From: Patescibacteria group bacterium
Lineage (GTDB): Bacteria > Patescibacteriota > Patescibacteriia > Patescibacteriales > UBA12465
Direction: 5' to 3'
Length of the DNA stretch: 64,000 nucleotides
Assembly: GCA_023229115.1 (NCBI GenBank)
Contig: JALNZW010000001.1
Coordinates: 134,861-198,860 of the forward strand
The notes below the pieces were generated by a model. It saw nothing but the letters and a program-made list of their open reading frames with translations, ran no database searches and had not been told where the DNA came from. The position numbers and the translations under genes are program-made. Numbering within the stretch: the stretch's first letter is position 1; each line of letters opens with the position of its first letter. Below, in pieces: positions 1-8,026 of this stretch.

Positions 1-2
1 TT

Positions 3-212
3 GACTTCACTGTTATAGTAAGGGGTGGTGGATCTTTTGGTCAAATAGAAGCTATTAGACACGGAGTGGCCAGAGCATTGCTTAAATATGACCCAGAATT
101 TAAATCAATTTTGAAAACTAATGGATACTTGACTAGAGATCCTCGTCAAAAAGAAAGAAAGAAGTCTGGTCTTAAGAAAGCTCGTAAGGCTCCACAATGG
201 TCAAAACGTTAA
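3..212 (+). CDS. rpsI: 30S ribosomal protein S9, C-terminal fragment (start lies upstream of the window)
   Basis: Frame 3 reads [69 protein letters not shown], the conserved S9 C-terminus. It is absent from the ORF track because there is no start codon in the window. Confidence 0.85.
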   Translation, partial: DFTVIVRGGGSFGQIEAIRHGVARALLKYDPEFKSILKTNGYLTRDPRQKERKKSGLKKARKAPQWSKR

Positions 213-230
213 TATTCTAAAATATACAAT

Positions 231-256
231 AAGGCGCCTAAGGCGCTTTATTTGTT
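231..256 (+). terminator. Rho-independent terminator after rpsI
   Basis: Stem GCGCC (234-238) pairs with GGCGC (242-246) around a 3-nt loop. It is extended by A/T and G-T pairs and followed by a T-rich run. Confidence 0.6.
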
Positions 257-262
257 TATAGT

Positions 263-1300
263 ATGAAAATTGCTATTGCTTTTATAAGCTACAACCAGAG
301 TAGCTTTAAATACTTACCCTTTTTTTTGCCTAGTCTAAAAAAAGCCTTAGATAATCTTGATATTGATTATCGTCTTTTAGCTTTGGATAATAGTGATAAT
401 TTTAATGCTAACAAGACTTACATTGAAGATTTTTTTAAAAAAAATAATTTAACAGAAAAAAGTAATATTTTTTCTTTGGGGTTTAATTCTGGTTTTGCTC
501 GGGGATTTAATTTTTTAATCAGGAAGGCCATTGATTTTGATTGTGACTTGTTTATGGCTATTAATCCTGATGTTGTTTTAGATGAGAATTCAATTTTTGA
601 ATTAGTAAGAGCATTTAAATCCAAATCTAAAGAGGAAAGAGTTTCCTCTGTTGGTCCAAAAATATTAAATTGGGATTTTGTTAATGATAAAAAAACTGAC
701 ATAATTGATAGTTTGGGTATAGGAATGTCTTTTAGTCATCATTTTTTTGATATTAGACAAGGGGAAGAAGATAATACTAATTTTTATAAGGAAAATGTTT
801 TTGGTATTTCTGGGGCAGCGGTTATCTATAATTTGGAGGCTTTAAAGGAAGTGGCTTTTGATGATGGTAATTCTTTGGAGTTTTTTGATGAGTTGATGTT
901 TATGTATAAAGAAGATGTTGATTTGGCTTATAGGTTAAACTTGGCTAATTGGAACTCTTTTTTGGTTCCAGATTCAATTATTTATCATGATCGAAGTTTG
1001 TCTACACAGTCTTATAACTTTTTGTCTCTTATTTTTGGCAAAAAGACTAGTTTTAGATCTTGGTCATATCTTAATCAAATGATAATTTTTCTAAAATTTA
1101 GAAAAATTAACTTTTCTTTTAAAATTAAATTTTTTAGTTTTTTGAGATTGTTTTTGATATTTTTTTATGGTTTATTCTTTAATTTTAGTCAAATAAAAAA
1201 GCTTATTTATCTATTTCCAGAAGTAGAAAAGAGGAGAAAAAACTTGAAAATAAAGGAAAATTGTGTTAATAAAATCGAATCTCTTATTAAAAATACTTGA
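263..1300 (+). CDS. Family-2 glycosyltransferase (GT-A fold, rhamnosyltransferase-like) with hydrophobic C-terminal tail
   Basis: 345-aa ORF. The N-terminus IAFISYNQ...LALDNSDN, then AINPDVVLD and YKEDVDLAYR, is typical of GT2 enzymes. The C-terminal 80 aa are F/L/I-rich. Confidence 0.7.
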   Translation: MKIAIAFISYNQSSFKYLPFFLPSLKKALDNLDIDYRLLALDNSDNFNANKTYIEDFFKKNNLTEKSNIFSLGFNSGFARGFNFLIRKAIDFDCDLFMAINPDVVLDENSIFELVRAFKSKSKEERVSSVGPKILNWDFVNDKKTDIIDSLGIGMSFSHHFFDIRQGEEDNTNFYKENVFGISGAAVIYNLEALKEVAFDDGNSLEFFDELMFMYKEDVDLAYRLNLANWNSFLVPDSIIYHDRSLSTQSYNFLSLIFGKKTSFRSWSYLNQMIIFLKFRKINFSFKIKFFSFLRLFLIFFYGLFFNFSQIKKLIYLFPEVEKRRKNLKIKENCVNKIESLIKNT

Positions 1301-1382
1301 TTTTATTGATTTAAATTACTATTGACTTATTTTTAAAAATATGATTTAATACTATAATGATATTAATTATAAGATAAAAAAT

Positions 1383-2408
1383 ATGAAAGAATTGTTTAAA
1401 AAAATAATTAAAGAGAAAAAAAGGGATGAACTTATTAAGCTAAATGCAGTAGAAATAGTAAATCAAGTTTTTTCTGATCTTCAGGAAAGAGAAAGGGATG
1501 TTTTATCTCGTCGTTTTGCTCTCGGCTGGGATGACTCTCAAACCTTGGAAGAAATTGGCAAACTACACAATTTAACCAGAGAAAGGGTTAGGCAGATTGA
1601 AAGAGCTAGCTTGGATAAAATTAAGAAAATGGAGAACTTGAATGACAGATTGGAGTCTGTTAGAGGTGTGGTTGCGAAGATATTAGACGAACATGGCGGT
1701 GTTATGGAGAGAGAGTTTTTATTAGACATTTTATCTGTTTTAACTTTAGAAGTAAGCGAGGAAGAATTAAATAACAAGACAAATGATTACAGAAATTATT
1801 TTGATTTTATTTTGTCTAATCTTTTAAGTGACTATATTGAAAAAGTTGATAATAATTCTAATTTTGCCTCTTTTTATAAAATAAAAGACAAGGCTATAAA
1901 TTATTTAGAAGAATTGGTTGATGAGCTAAAAGAAAAAATGTTTTCTTTAAAGAAAACTGTTAAATTTAATGAAGCAGTTGACTTAATTAAAAGCTTAAAA
2001 TCTTTTGATTTGTATAAAGATAAGTTGATAAAAGGAGTTAGTGATTTAGATTTAACTGATATTTTCAAAAATAAGATTTTTCCAGAAAAAGGTGAGGAGA
2101 TTAATAAAAACAAATCCTTATACTCTATTCTTCAGACAGTCAAAGACATTAATAGGAATAAATTTGGTAACTGGGGTCACGATAGTTGGTCAGAAATTAA
2201 ACCAAAAAGAATATCTGATAAAATTTATTTAATTTTAAAAGAAGAAAGCAAACCAATGCATTTTAATGATATTACTAAGAAAATAAATGAAATTGGTTTT
2301 GACCACAAAAAAGCTAACGTTGGATCAGTTCATAATGAATTAATTTTAGATGATCGATACATATTATTTGATAGAGGTATTTATGGACTTAAGGAATGGC
2401 AAAAGTAA
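1383..2408 (+). CDS. Sigma-70 region-4-like HTH protein fused to a C-terminal HARE-HTH-like domain (not a complete sigma factor)
   Basis: ERERDVLSRRFALGWDDSQTLEEIGKLHNLTRERVRQIERASLDKIKK matches the sigma-70 region 4 pattern. The C-terminal ISDKIYLILKEESKPMHFNDITKKINEIG...RYILFDRGIYGLKEW resembles the RpoE-delta/HARE-HTH fold. No region 2 is recognisable. Confidence 0.6.
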   Translation: MKELFKKIIKEKKRDELIKLNAVEIVNQVFSDLQERERDVLSRRFALGWDDSQTLEEIGKLHNLTRERVRQIERASLDKIKKMENLNDRLESVRGVVAKILDEHGGVMEREFLLDILSVLTLEVSEEELNNKTNDYRNYFDFILSNLLSDYIEKVDNNSNFASFYKIKDKAINYLEELVDELKEKMFSLKKTVKFNEAVDLIKSLKSFDLYKDKLIKGVSDLDLTDIFKNKIFPEKGEEINKNKSLYSILQTVKDINRNKFGNWGHDSWSEIKPKRISDKIYLILKEESKPMHFNDITKKINEIGFDHKKANVGSVHNELILDDRYILFDRGIYGLKEWQK

Positions 2409-2422
2409 TTTTTAGATAGTAT

Positions 2423-2447
2423 AAGGGCCCTTAGGGGTCCTTTTTTT
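2423..2447 (+). terminator. Rho-independent terminator
   Basis: GGGCCC (2425-2430) pairs with GGGTCC (2435-2440) with one G-T pair and loop TTAG, followed by TTTTTTT. Confidence 0.65.
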
Positions 2448-2517
2448 GTATTAAAAAAATTTTGATTTCATTTTAAATTATGCTATTATATAGACATATT
2501 TATTCCTTTAATTAAGT

Positions 2518-4032
2518 ATGGACATAGTAATTGACTTTACTCCTATTCAAGATTTTTTTAGCTTGCCTCCAAACGAAATGTTGATCGTCTTTTTTTTGCG
2601 TTTTGGCTGGCTTATTTTTGCTATCATGTTTTTGGCTGCTGTTAGAGTTTTTTGGCTTAGTCATATTAGGGGAAAATGGTTTTCTGGGGTTAAGTTTATT
2701 TTTTTAGCCATAGACATTCCTCGGGGAAACGTTCAATCACCTCGGGCAGTTGAAAATATGTTTAGTTATCTAGCTGGAGCTCATGGTACTCAAAATTTTT
2801 TTGAAAAATGGTTTTTGGGGGAGTTTCAATTATCTTTTAGTTTGGAGATAATTAGTTCAGAGGGGTATACACAATTTTTAATAAGAACACCTAGTCAATT
2901 TAGAAATTTAGTTGAATCAGCTGTTTATTCTCAATATCCTGACGCTGAAATAGTGGAGGTTGATGATTATTGTGAAGGCTTCCCCCGAAAATTTCCCGAT
3001 GAAGAGTATGATGTTTGGGGAACTGAATTTGTTCCTGGTAACCACTACATGTATCCCATTAAAACCTATAAAGAATTTGAACATTTGCTGGGTCCAAGCG
3101 AGATAACTTTTAAAGATCCCATGGCTGAACTTATGGAGCTTTGTAGTAGTCTCAGAAGAGGTGAGCATTTTTGGTATCAGATAATTTTAATACCAACTGG
3201 CTTTGATTGGATAGATGATGGTGTTGGTGAAATTAACAAGATACTTGGAGAGGCCCCTAAGACTAGTTTTTTAAATAGAGTTATAGATTCATTATTAAAT
3301 TTACTTTCTGATTTGAGTGAGATGATTTTTTCTTTATGGGGAGATGTTGAAACTAAAGAAAAAGAATTTAAGAAATTGTCGATGATGGAGCTTACCCCTA
3401 AACAGAAAAAAAAGATAGAGGCCATAGAATACAAATCTTCTAAGCTTGGTTTTTTGTGTAAAATTAGGGTGGTTTATATGGCTAAAAAAGAAGTTATGAA
3501 TAAGGCTAAGGTGGCTAATGGTTTTGTTGGTTATTCCAAGCAATTTTCTTCCTTAGATTTAAATAATCTTAAGCCAGATTTAAAAATGACTGGAACTAAA
3601 GTTTCTTATTTTAATAAAGGACCTAGATTAATTAGAAAGAAAAATAATATAACCAATAATTATATCAATAGAGACGATTGGGCTGGTAGAGAACCATTTT
3701 TGTTAAATATTGAAGAGCTAGCTACTTTATGGCATTTTCCAATTGAAGCTACGGCTAATGCTCCGCTTATTCAAAAAACTCCGGCTAAAAAGTATAAGCC
3801 ACCAGCAAATTTAGTATCAGAAGATTCTTCCTCTAATTTAGGGCTTATTAAAGAAGAATTACTTTCTGGTGATTTTAGTAAAAAAAGAAAAAATAACGAG
3901 CAGACAGAAGCTTATAATAAAAAAAATGAAGAAGAAAGAGAACGAGAAAAAATAAAAGAAGAATTAGAAAAAGATTTAATTAAAGATTCTGGACATAAAG
4001 GATCACCTCCACCTAACTTACCTTTTGGATAA
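2518..4032 (+). CDS. Membrane protein, stand-alone paralog of the N-terminal module of the ATPase at 57616-60135 (no NTPase motifs)
   Basis: 504-aa ORF with an N-terminal TM segment (LIVFFLRFGWLIFAIMFLAAV). Blocks FSLEIISSEGYTQFLIRTP, YSQYPDAEIVEVDDY, LTPKQKKKIEAIEYKSSKLGFLCKIRVVY and FLLNIEELATLWHFPI align with FSFEIISNKNKISFYITAP, HAHYPEASVEEVEDY, LTEKEREMLKKMEEKNSKAGLDVNLRVVV and FLLNTEELVSMYHFPL of the 839-aa protein. The C-tail is charged and Pro-rich. Confidence 0.75.
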   Translation: MDIVIDFTPIQDFFSLPPNEMLIVFFLRFGWLIFAIMFLAAVRVFWLSHIRGKWFSGVKFIFLAIDIPRGNVQSPRAVENMFSYLAGAHGTQNFFEKWFLGEFQLSFSLEIISSEGYTQFLIRTPSQFRNLVESAVYSQYPDAEIVEVDDYCEGFPRKFPDEEYDVWGTEFVPGNHYMYPIKTYKEFEHLLGPSEITFKDPMAELMELCSSLRRGEHFWYQIILIPTGFDWIDDGVGEINKILGEAPKTSFLNRVIDSLLNLLSDLSEMIFSLWGDVETKEKEFKKLSMMELTPKQKKKIEAIEYKSSKLGFLCKIRVVYMAKKEVMNKAKVANGFVGYSKQFSSLDLNNLKPDLKMTGTKVSYFNKGPRLIRKKNNITNNYINRDDWAGREPFLLNIEELATLWHFPIEATANAPLIQKTPAKKYKPPANLVSEDSSSNLGLIKEELLSGDFSKKRKNNEQTEAYNKKNEEEREREKIKEELEKDLIKDSGHKGSPPPNLPFG

Positions 4033-5208
4033 ATGCAAGATAAAATAAAAAAAATTGGAATAGATGCTAGATTTTACGGCCCTTTTGCTAAGGGCCTTGG
4101 TCGTTATACTCAGGAAATAGTAGATAATATTTTAAAAATAGATACTGAAAATAATTATGTTATTTTTTTGGGTAAGCATAATTTTGATGAGTTAATTATT
4201 GATAAAAATAACAAGAGAGTTAAAAAGGTTTTAGTTGATATTAAATGGTATTCCTGGAAAGAGCAATTATTATTTCCTTTTTATATCTGGAAAGAAAAAC
4301 TTGATTTGATTCATTTTACTCATTTTAATGTTCCAATTTTTTGTCCTGTAAAATTTATTGTTACTATCCATGATTTGATTTTAACTAAGTTTAAAACAGT
4401 TAGAGCCACGACCAAACATCCTCTGATTTATAGCTTAAAAGATTTTTTTTATCGTGTAGTTATTAAAAGTGCTTTGAAAAAGTCTAAAAAGATATTGACT
4501 GTTTCTAATTTTACCAAAGATGATATTGTTCAGCAGTTTAAAATAAATCCAAAAAAAATTCAGGTTATTTATGAGGGGGTTTCTAATCTGTCTAAGGGAA
4601 GAGATTCTTTGTTTGTGGCTAAATTAAACAAAGAGGAGGTTTTGAGTGATTATAAGATATCATTTCCTTATTTTTTGTATGTTGGCAATGCTTATCCTCA
4701 TAAAAATTTGGAATTTTTAGTTGAATCTTTTTTAAAATGGAATTCAAAAGATAATAAATTTAGGTTGGTTATGGTTGGCAAGGAAGATTTTTTTTATAAA
4801 AGGACTAAAGAGTATGCATTTAATTTAATTAATAAAAATAATTATAATAATTCGATTATTTTTACTGGTTATGTACCGGATGATAAATTAGAGATAATCT
4901 ATCAAAGAGCAATGATTTATATATTTCCTTCTCTATACGAAGGTTTTGGCTTGCCGCCCTTAGAGGCTTTATTTAATTCTTGTCCAGTTTTGAGTTCAAG
5001 AGAAGCTAGTATGCCTGAAATAATTCAAAATGGAGCCTTGTATTTTGATCCTTATGATTATGAAGATTTTTATAATAAGTTGAATTTATTGGTTGATAAT
5101 GAAAAATTACGTCAAAATATTATTGAACAGGGCAAGGAAGTTTTAAAAAGATATAATTGGTGGGAATGTGCTTATCAAACTAGAGAAGCTTATTTCCAAA
5201 GTTTATAA
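4033..5208 (+). CDS. Family-4 (GT-B) glycosyltransferase
   Basis: 391-aa ORF. The motif PSLYEGFGLPPLEA (E-x7-E region) is typical of GT4/GT1 enzymes. The ATG follows the upstream stop codon directly. Confidence 0.8.
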   Translation: MQDKIKKIGIDARFYGPFAKGLGRYTQEIVDNILKIDTENNYVIFLGKHNFDELIIDKNNKRVKKVLVDIKWYSWKEQLLFPFYIWKEKLDLIHFTHFNVPIFCPVKFIVTIHDLILTKFKTVRATTKHPLIYSLKDFFYRVVIKSALKKSKKILTVSNFTKDDIVQQFKINPKKIQVIYEGVSNLSKGRDSLFVAKLNKEEVLSDYKISFPYFLYVGNAYPHKNLEFLVESFLKWNSKDNKFRLVMVGKEDFFYKRTKEYAFNLINKNNYNNSIIFTGYVPDDKLEIIYQRAMIYIFPSLYEGFGLPPLEALFNSCPVLSSREASMPEIIQNGALYFDPYDYEDFYNKLNLLVDNEKLRQNIIEQGKEVLKRYNWWECAYQTREAYFQSL

Positions 5209-5214
5209 AAGTTT

Positions 5215-8013
5215 ATGCCTCAGATAAAAAAACATAAAATAGAAATATTTAATAATGAACATTCTTCTGATTTTGTGGTTGATCTAAGAAAAGGGAAAAA
5301 AGAAATTATTAACGCCTCTTTATTTTCTGAAGAGAAGTCACTTAAGACGTCCGAAAAGAAGTTTGAGGAAAATAATATTGGAAATTCAGATCATAATCAT
5401 TTTTTTGATAATATTTCTATTAATAATAACTTTGTTAAAAAAGAAAAAAAAGCCGCTTTAAACCATAAGAGGATATTTAATAGAAAAAAATTCGAAAAAA
5501 CTCTTTTTTATCCTCTTTGGAAAATTATTTTTAATTTTTTTAAAAAAATATTTTATTTCTTTTATGATTGGTCGGTTGATATTTATCTTTTCTTTAAAAA
5601 AGTAAGATTATTTAGAAAATTTTTTAAATTTATATTCTATATTTTTTATCCTTTTTATTTTATTTTTAATAGGTTATATAAAATTTTTTCCAAAATAAGG
5701 GTTAGAAGAAAAATTAGAATTAATTTGCCAACAATCAAATTTAAAAGAAACAATAAAAAAAATATAGCCTTTAATTTTGATCAACCAAAGCAATTACTTC
5801 TTTTTAGTAGTCGTCCCAAAAGTGTTTTCAAATATTTGTTGTCTTTTTTTATTTTTTTATTATTTATAGTTCTTATTTTCAAATCAATTGATTACTATAA
5901 TCTTTATAAAAAAAGTAATTTACAGAATGATTTAATGTCCTTTTCTTTGGCTGGCGTGCAGAGTTTTTCTTCAGCTTCTGAGGCTGTTAGTCTTTTTGAT
6001 TTTTATCAAGCTTATAATAAATTTAATGAAGCTGGTGATAATTTTGAATCCTTAGATCGGGAATTGAAGAAGGTTGATGAGTTATTGCTTTTTTTTAGCT
6101 TTTTCTCCGAAGATCAAAAAATAAAGGCTTTTTCTCAATCTAAAAATTTTTCTAAGGTTGGTATTTATTTATCTTCTTTGGGAAATGATCTAAGTTTATC
6201 ATTTAATTCCTTGTTTTTGTTTTTCTCTGGAGAAAATTCTGAAAAGAATTTTGATGATTTTTCAGGCCATATTAAAGATTCTTTATTAGACTTAAAAACA
6301 GCTAATAAATATCTATCTAAAATAAAAACTGAAGCTATTCCAGTTGATTATCAGGAAAATTTTGACAAAACTAGAGATCAATTATTGTTGTTGGAGGATA
6401 ATTTAGAAATTTTTACTAAATATTTGCCAGCTATTAAAGATTTTTTGGGTATAAAACAAGATAAGCGGTATTTGTTGGTTTTTCAAAATAATTCAGAAAT
6501 AAGGGCGAGTGGTGGTTTTATTGGTAGCTATGCTTTAATTGATATTAAAAATGGAAAAATAATCAATATTGATATTCCCCCTGGTGGTTCCTATGATACG
6601 GAGGGTGGCATGCGAACCTCCGTTGAATCTCCCAAGCCTTTACATTTAGTGAAAAGCAAATGGTATTTCTGGGATGCTAATTGGTGGCCAGATTGGACTT
6701 TGTCAGCTAAAAATTTAATGTGGTTTTTGGAGAAAAGTAGTGGACCAAGCGTTGATGGTGTTATTAGTTTTACCCCAGATGTTCTTGGTGATTTACTGGA
6801 TATCTTTGGTTCAGTTGATTTATCTGAAAAATATGGAGTTATTATTGATTCTGATAATTTTCAAGATAATTTACAGGAAGTAGTTGAGGTTATTGGCAAC
6901 CCAGTCTTATATCAGGATCAGAATTTAAAAACTGATATTTTAAATAAAATTGATTATGGTGTAAAAAATTCTAGTACTTCACCCGAGGAATTATTAATTT
7001 TAAACTCAGAACTAGAGGGTTCTTTACAAGAATCTATAATCCAAGACAATTTAATAGACATTACTACTGCTACCACCACTGCTACTACTACAGAGAATTT
7101 ATTACCTCAAAACAGACCAAAAGAAATAATAGGTGACGTTTTCACTGTTTTACTAGAAAGAGTTATGACTGATATTGACATTGATAAAGTTTTAAAAATA
7201 TTTTTATCATTAATTGATAACTTGGATAGAAAAAATATTCTTGTTTATTTTGAAAACAATAAATTGCAAGAGATGATTGAATTTTATTCTTGGGCTGGTC
7301 GAATGAAGGAAGCTAAAAATGATTATTTAATGATTGTTGACTCTAATATTGCTGGTGCTAAAAGTGATAAATTTTTGCAAAAAAATTATTATTTAGAATC
7401 TCAAATACGGGAAGATGGTCGAATAATTAATAAATTAAGAATAGAGAGAGATCGTCGTGGGGAGCAGTATGAACTTTTTTCTGGCGTGAGAAATGTGAAT
7501 TGGTTGAGGGTTTATGTCCCTTTGGGCAGTAAGCTAATTAGTGCTAGTGGCTTTTCTCATCCTGACGAAGAATATTTTAAGAAAAATGAACAATATTTAG
7601 AAAAAAATAGTTTTTTAGAAAATACTGAAAATAAAGCTGAAATAGATTTAAAAAGTGGACTTAGAATATATCAAGAATCTGGTAAAACAGTTTTTGCTAA
7701 CTGGACAATGACCGATATTAATCAATTGTCAGTTATTGAGATAGAGTATGAATTACCGGGAAATATTTTTTTACAAAAAAATTCTTATTCTTTTTTGGAT
7801 AGATTTTTTTCTAATCAAGAATATTTCTTTAAACATTCTTTGTTGTGGCAAAAGCAAGCAGGTTCCGAAAATTCTAATTTTTATTTTTCACTGCAGAATA
7901 AATCATATTTTTCGCCAGCTTGGATTTCAGAAAAGATTGAAAAGGAAGATGATGTCTTAAAGAGGTCTGGTATATTAGATTTTGATAAATACTTTGCTAT
8001 TATTTTAAAATAA
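5215..8013 (+). CDS. DUF4012 domain membrane protein (long form)
   Basis: 932-aa ORF. NSEIRASGGFIGSYALIDIKNGKI and WYFWDANWWPDWT are the signature I associate with DUF4012. The N-terminal ~230 aa are extremely F/K/I-rich with a TM segment. Confidence 0.7.
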   Translation: MPQIKKHKIEIFNNEHSSDFVVDLRKGKKEIINASLFSEEKSLKTSEKKFEENNIGNSDHNHFFDNISINNNFVKKEKKAALNHKRIFNRKKFEKTLFYPLWKIIFNFFKKIFYFFYDWSVDIYLFFKKVRLFRKFFKFIFYIFYPFYFIFNRLYKIFSKIRVRRKIRINLPTIKFKRNNKKNIAFNFDQPKQLLLFSSRPKSVFKYLLSFFIFLLFIVLIFKSIDYYNLYKKSNLQNDLMSFSLAGVQSFSSASEAVSLFDFYQAYNKFNEAGDNFESLDRELKKVDELLLFFSFFSEDQKIKAFSQSKNFSKVGIYLSSLGNDLSLSFNSLFLFFSGENSEKNFDDFSGHIKDSLLDLKTANKYLSKIKTEAIPVDYQENFDKTRDQLLLLEDNLEIFTKYLPAIKDFLGIKQDKRYLLVFQNNSEIRASGGFIGSYALIDIKNGKIINIDIPPGGSYDTEGGMRTSVESPKPLHLVKSKWYFWDANWWPDWTLSAKNLMWFLEKSSGPSVDGVISFTPDVLGDLLDIFGSVDLSEKYGVIIDSDNFQDNLQEVVEVIGNPVLYQDQNLKTDILNKIDYGVKNSSTSPEELLILNSELEGSLQESIIQDNLIDITTATTTATTTENLLPQNRPKEIIGDVFTVLLERVMTDIDIDKVLKIFLSLIDNLDRKNILVYFENNKLQEMIEFYSWAGRMKEAKNDYLMIVDSNIAGAKSDKFLQKNYYLESQIREDGRIINKLRIERDRRGEQYELFSGVRNVNWLRVYVPLGSKLISASGFSHPDEEYFKKNEQYLEKNSFLENTENKAEIDLKSGLRIYQESGKTVFANWTMTDINQLSVIEIEYELPGNIFLQKNSYSFLDRFFSNQEYFFKHSLLWQKQAGSENSNFYFSLQNKSYFSPAWISEKIEKEDDVLKRSGILDFDKYFAIILK

Positions 8014-8026
8014 TTTATATAAATAT

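Noticed and set aside
7061-7092. A Thr/Ala codon run (ACT ACT GCT ACC ACC ACT GCT ACT ACT ACA) in the long DUF4012 gene, considered as a microsatellite or phase-variation tract.
   Set aside because: It is imperfect, short and in-frame. It codes a TTATTTATTT linker, and there is no homopolymer or unit repeat likely to slip.
7748-7960. Same-strand alternative-frame ORFs nested in larger genes: 7748-7960, 10239-10448, 27361-27561, 41831-42031 and 48525-48716.
   Set aside because: Each is fully contained in a longer ORF with recognisable family motifs. Their products are hydrophobic low-complexity strings, and I see no independent start signals.
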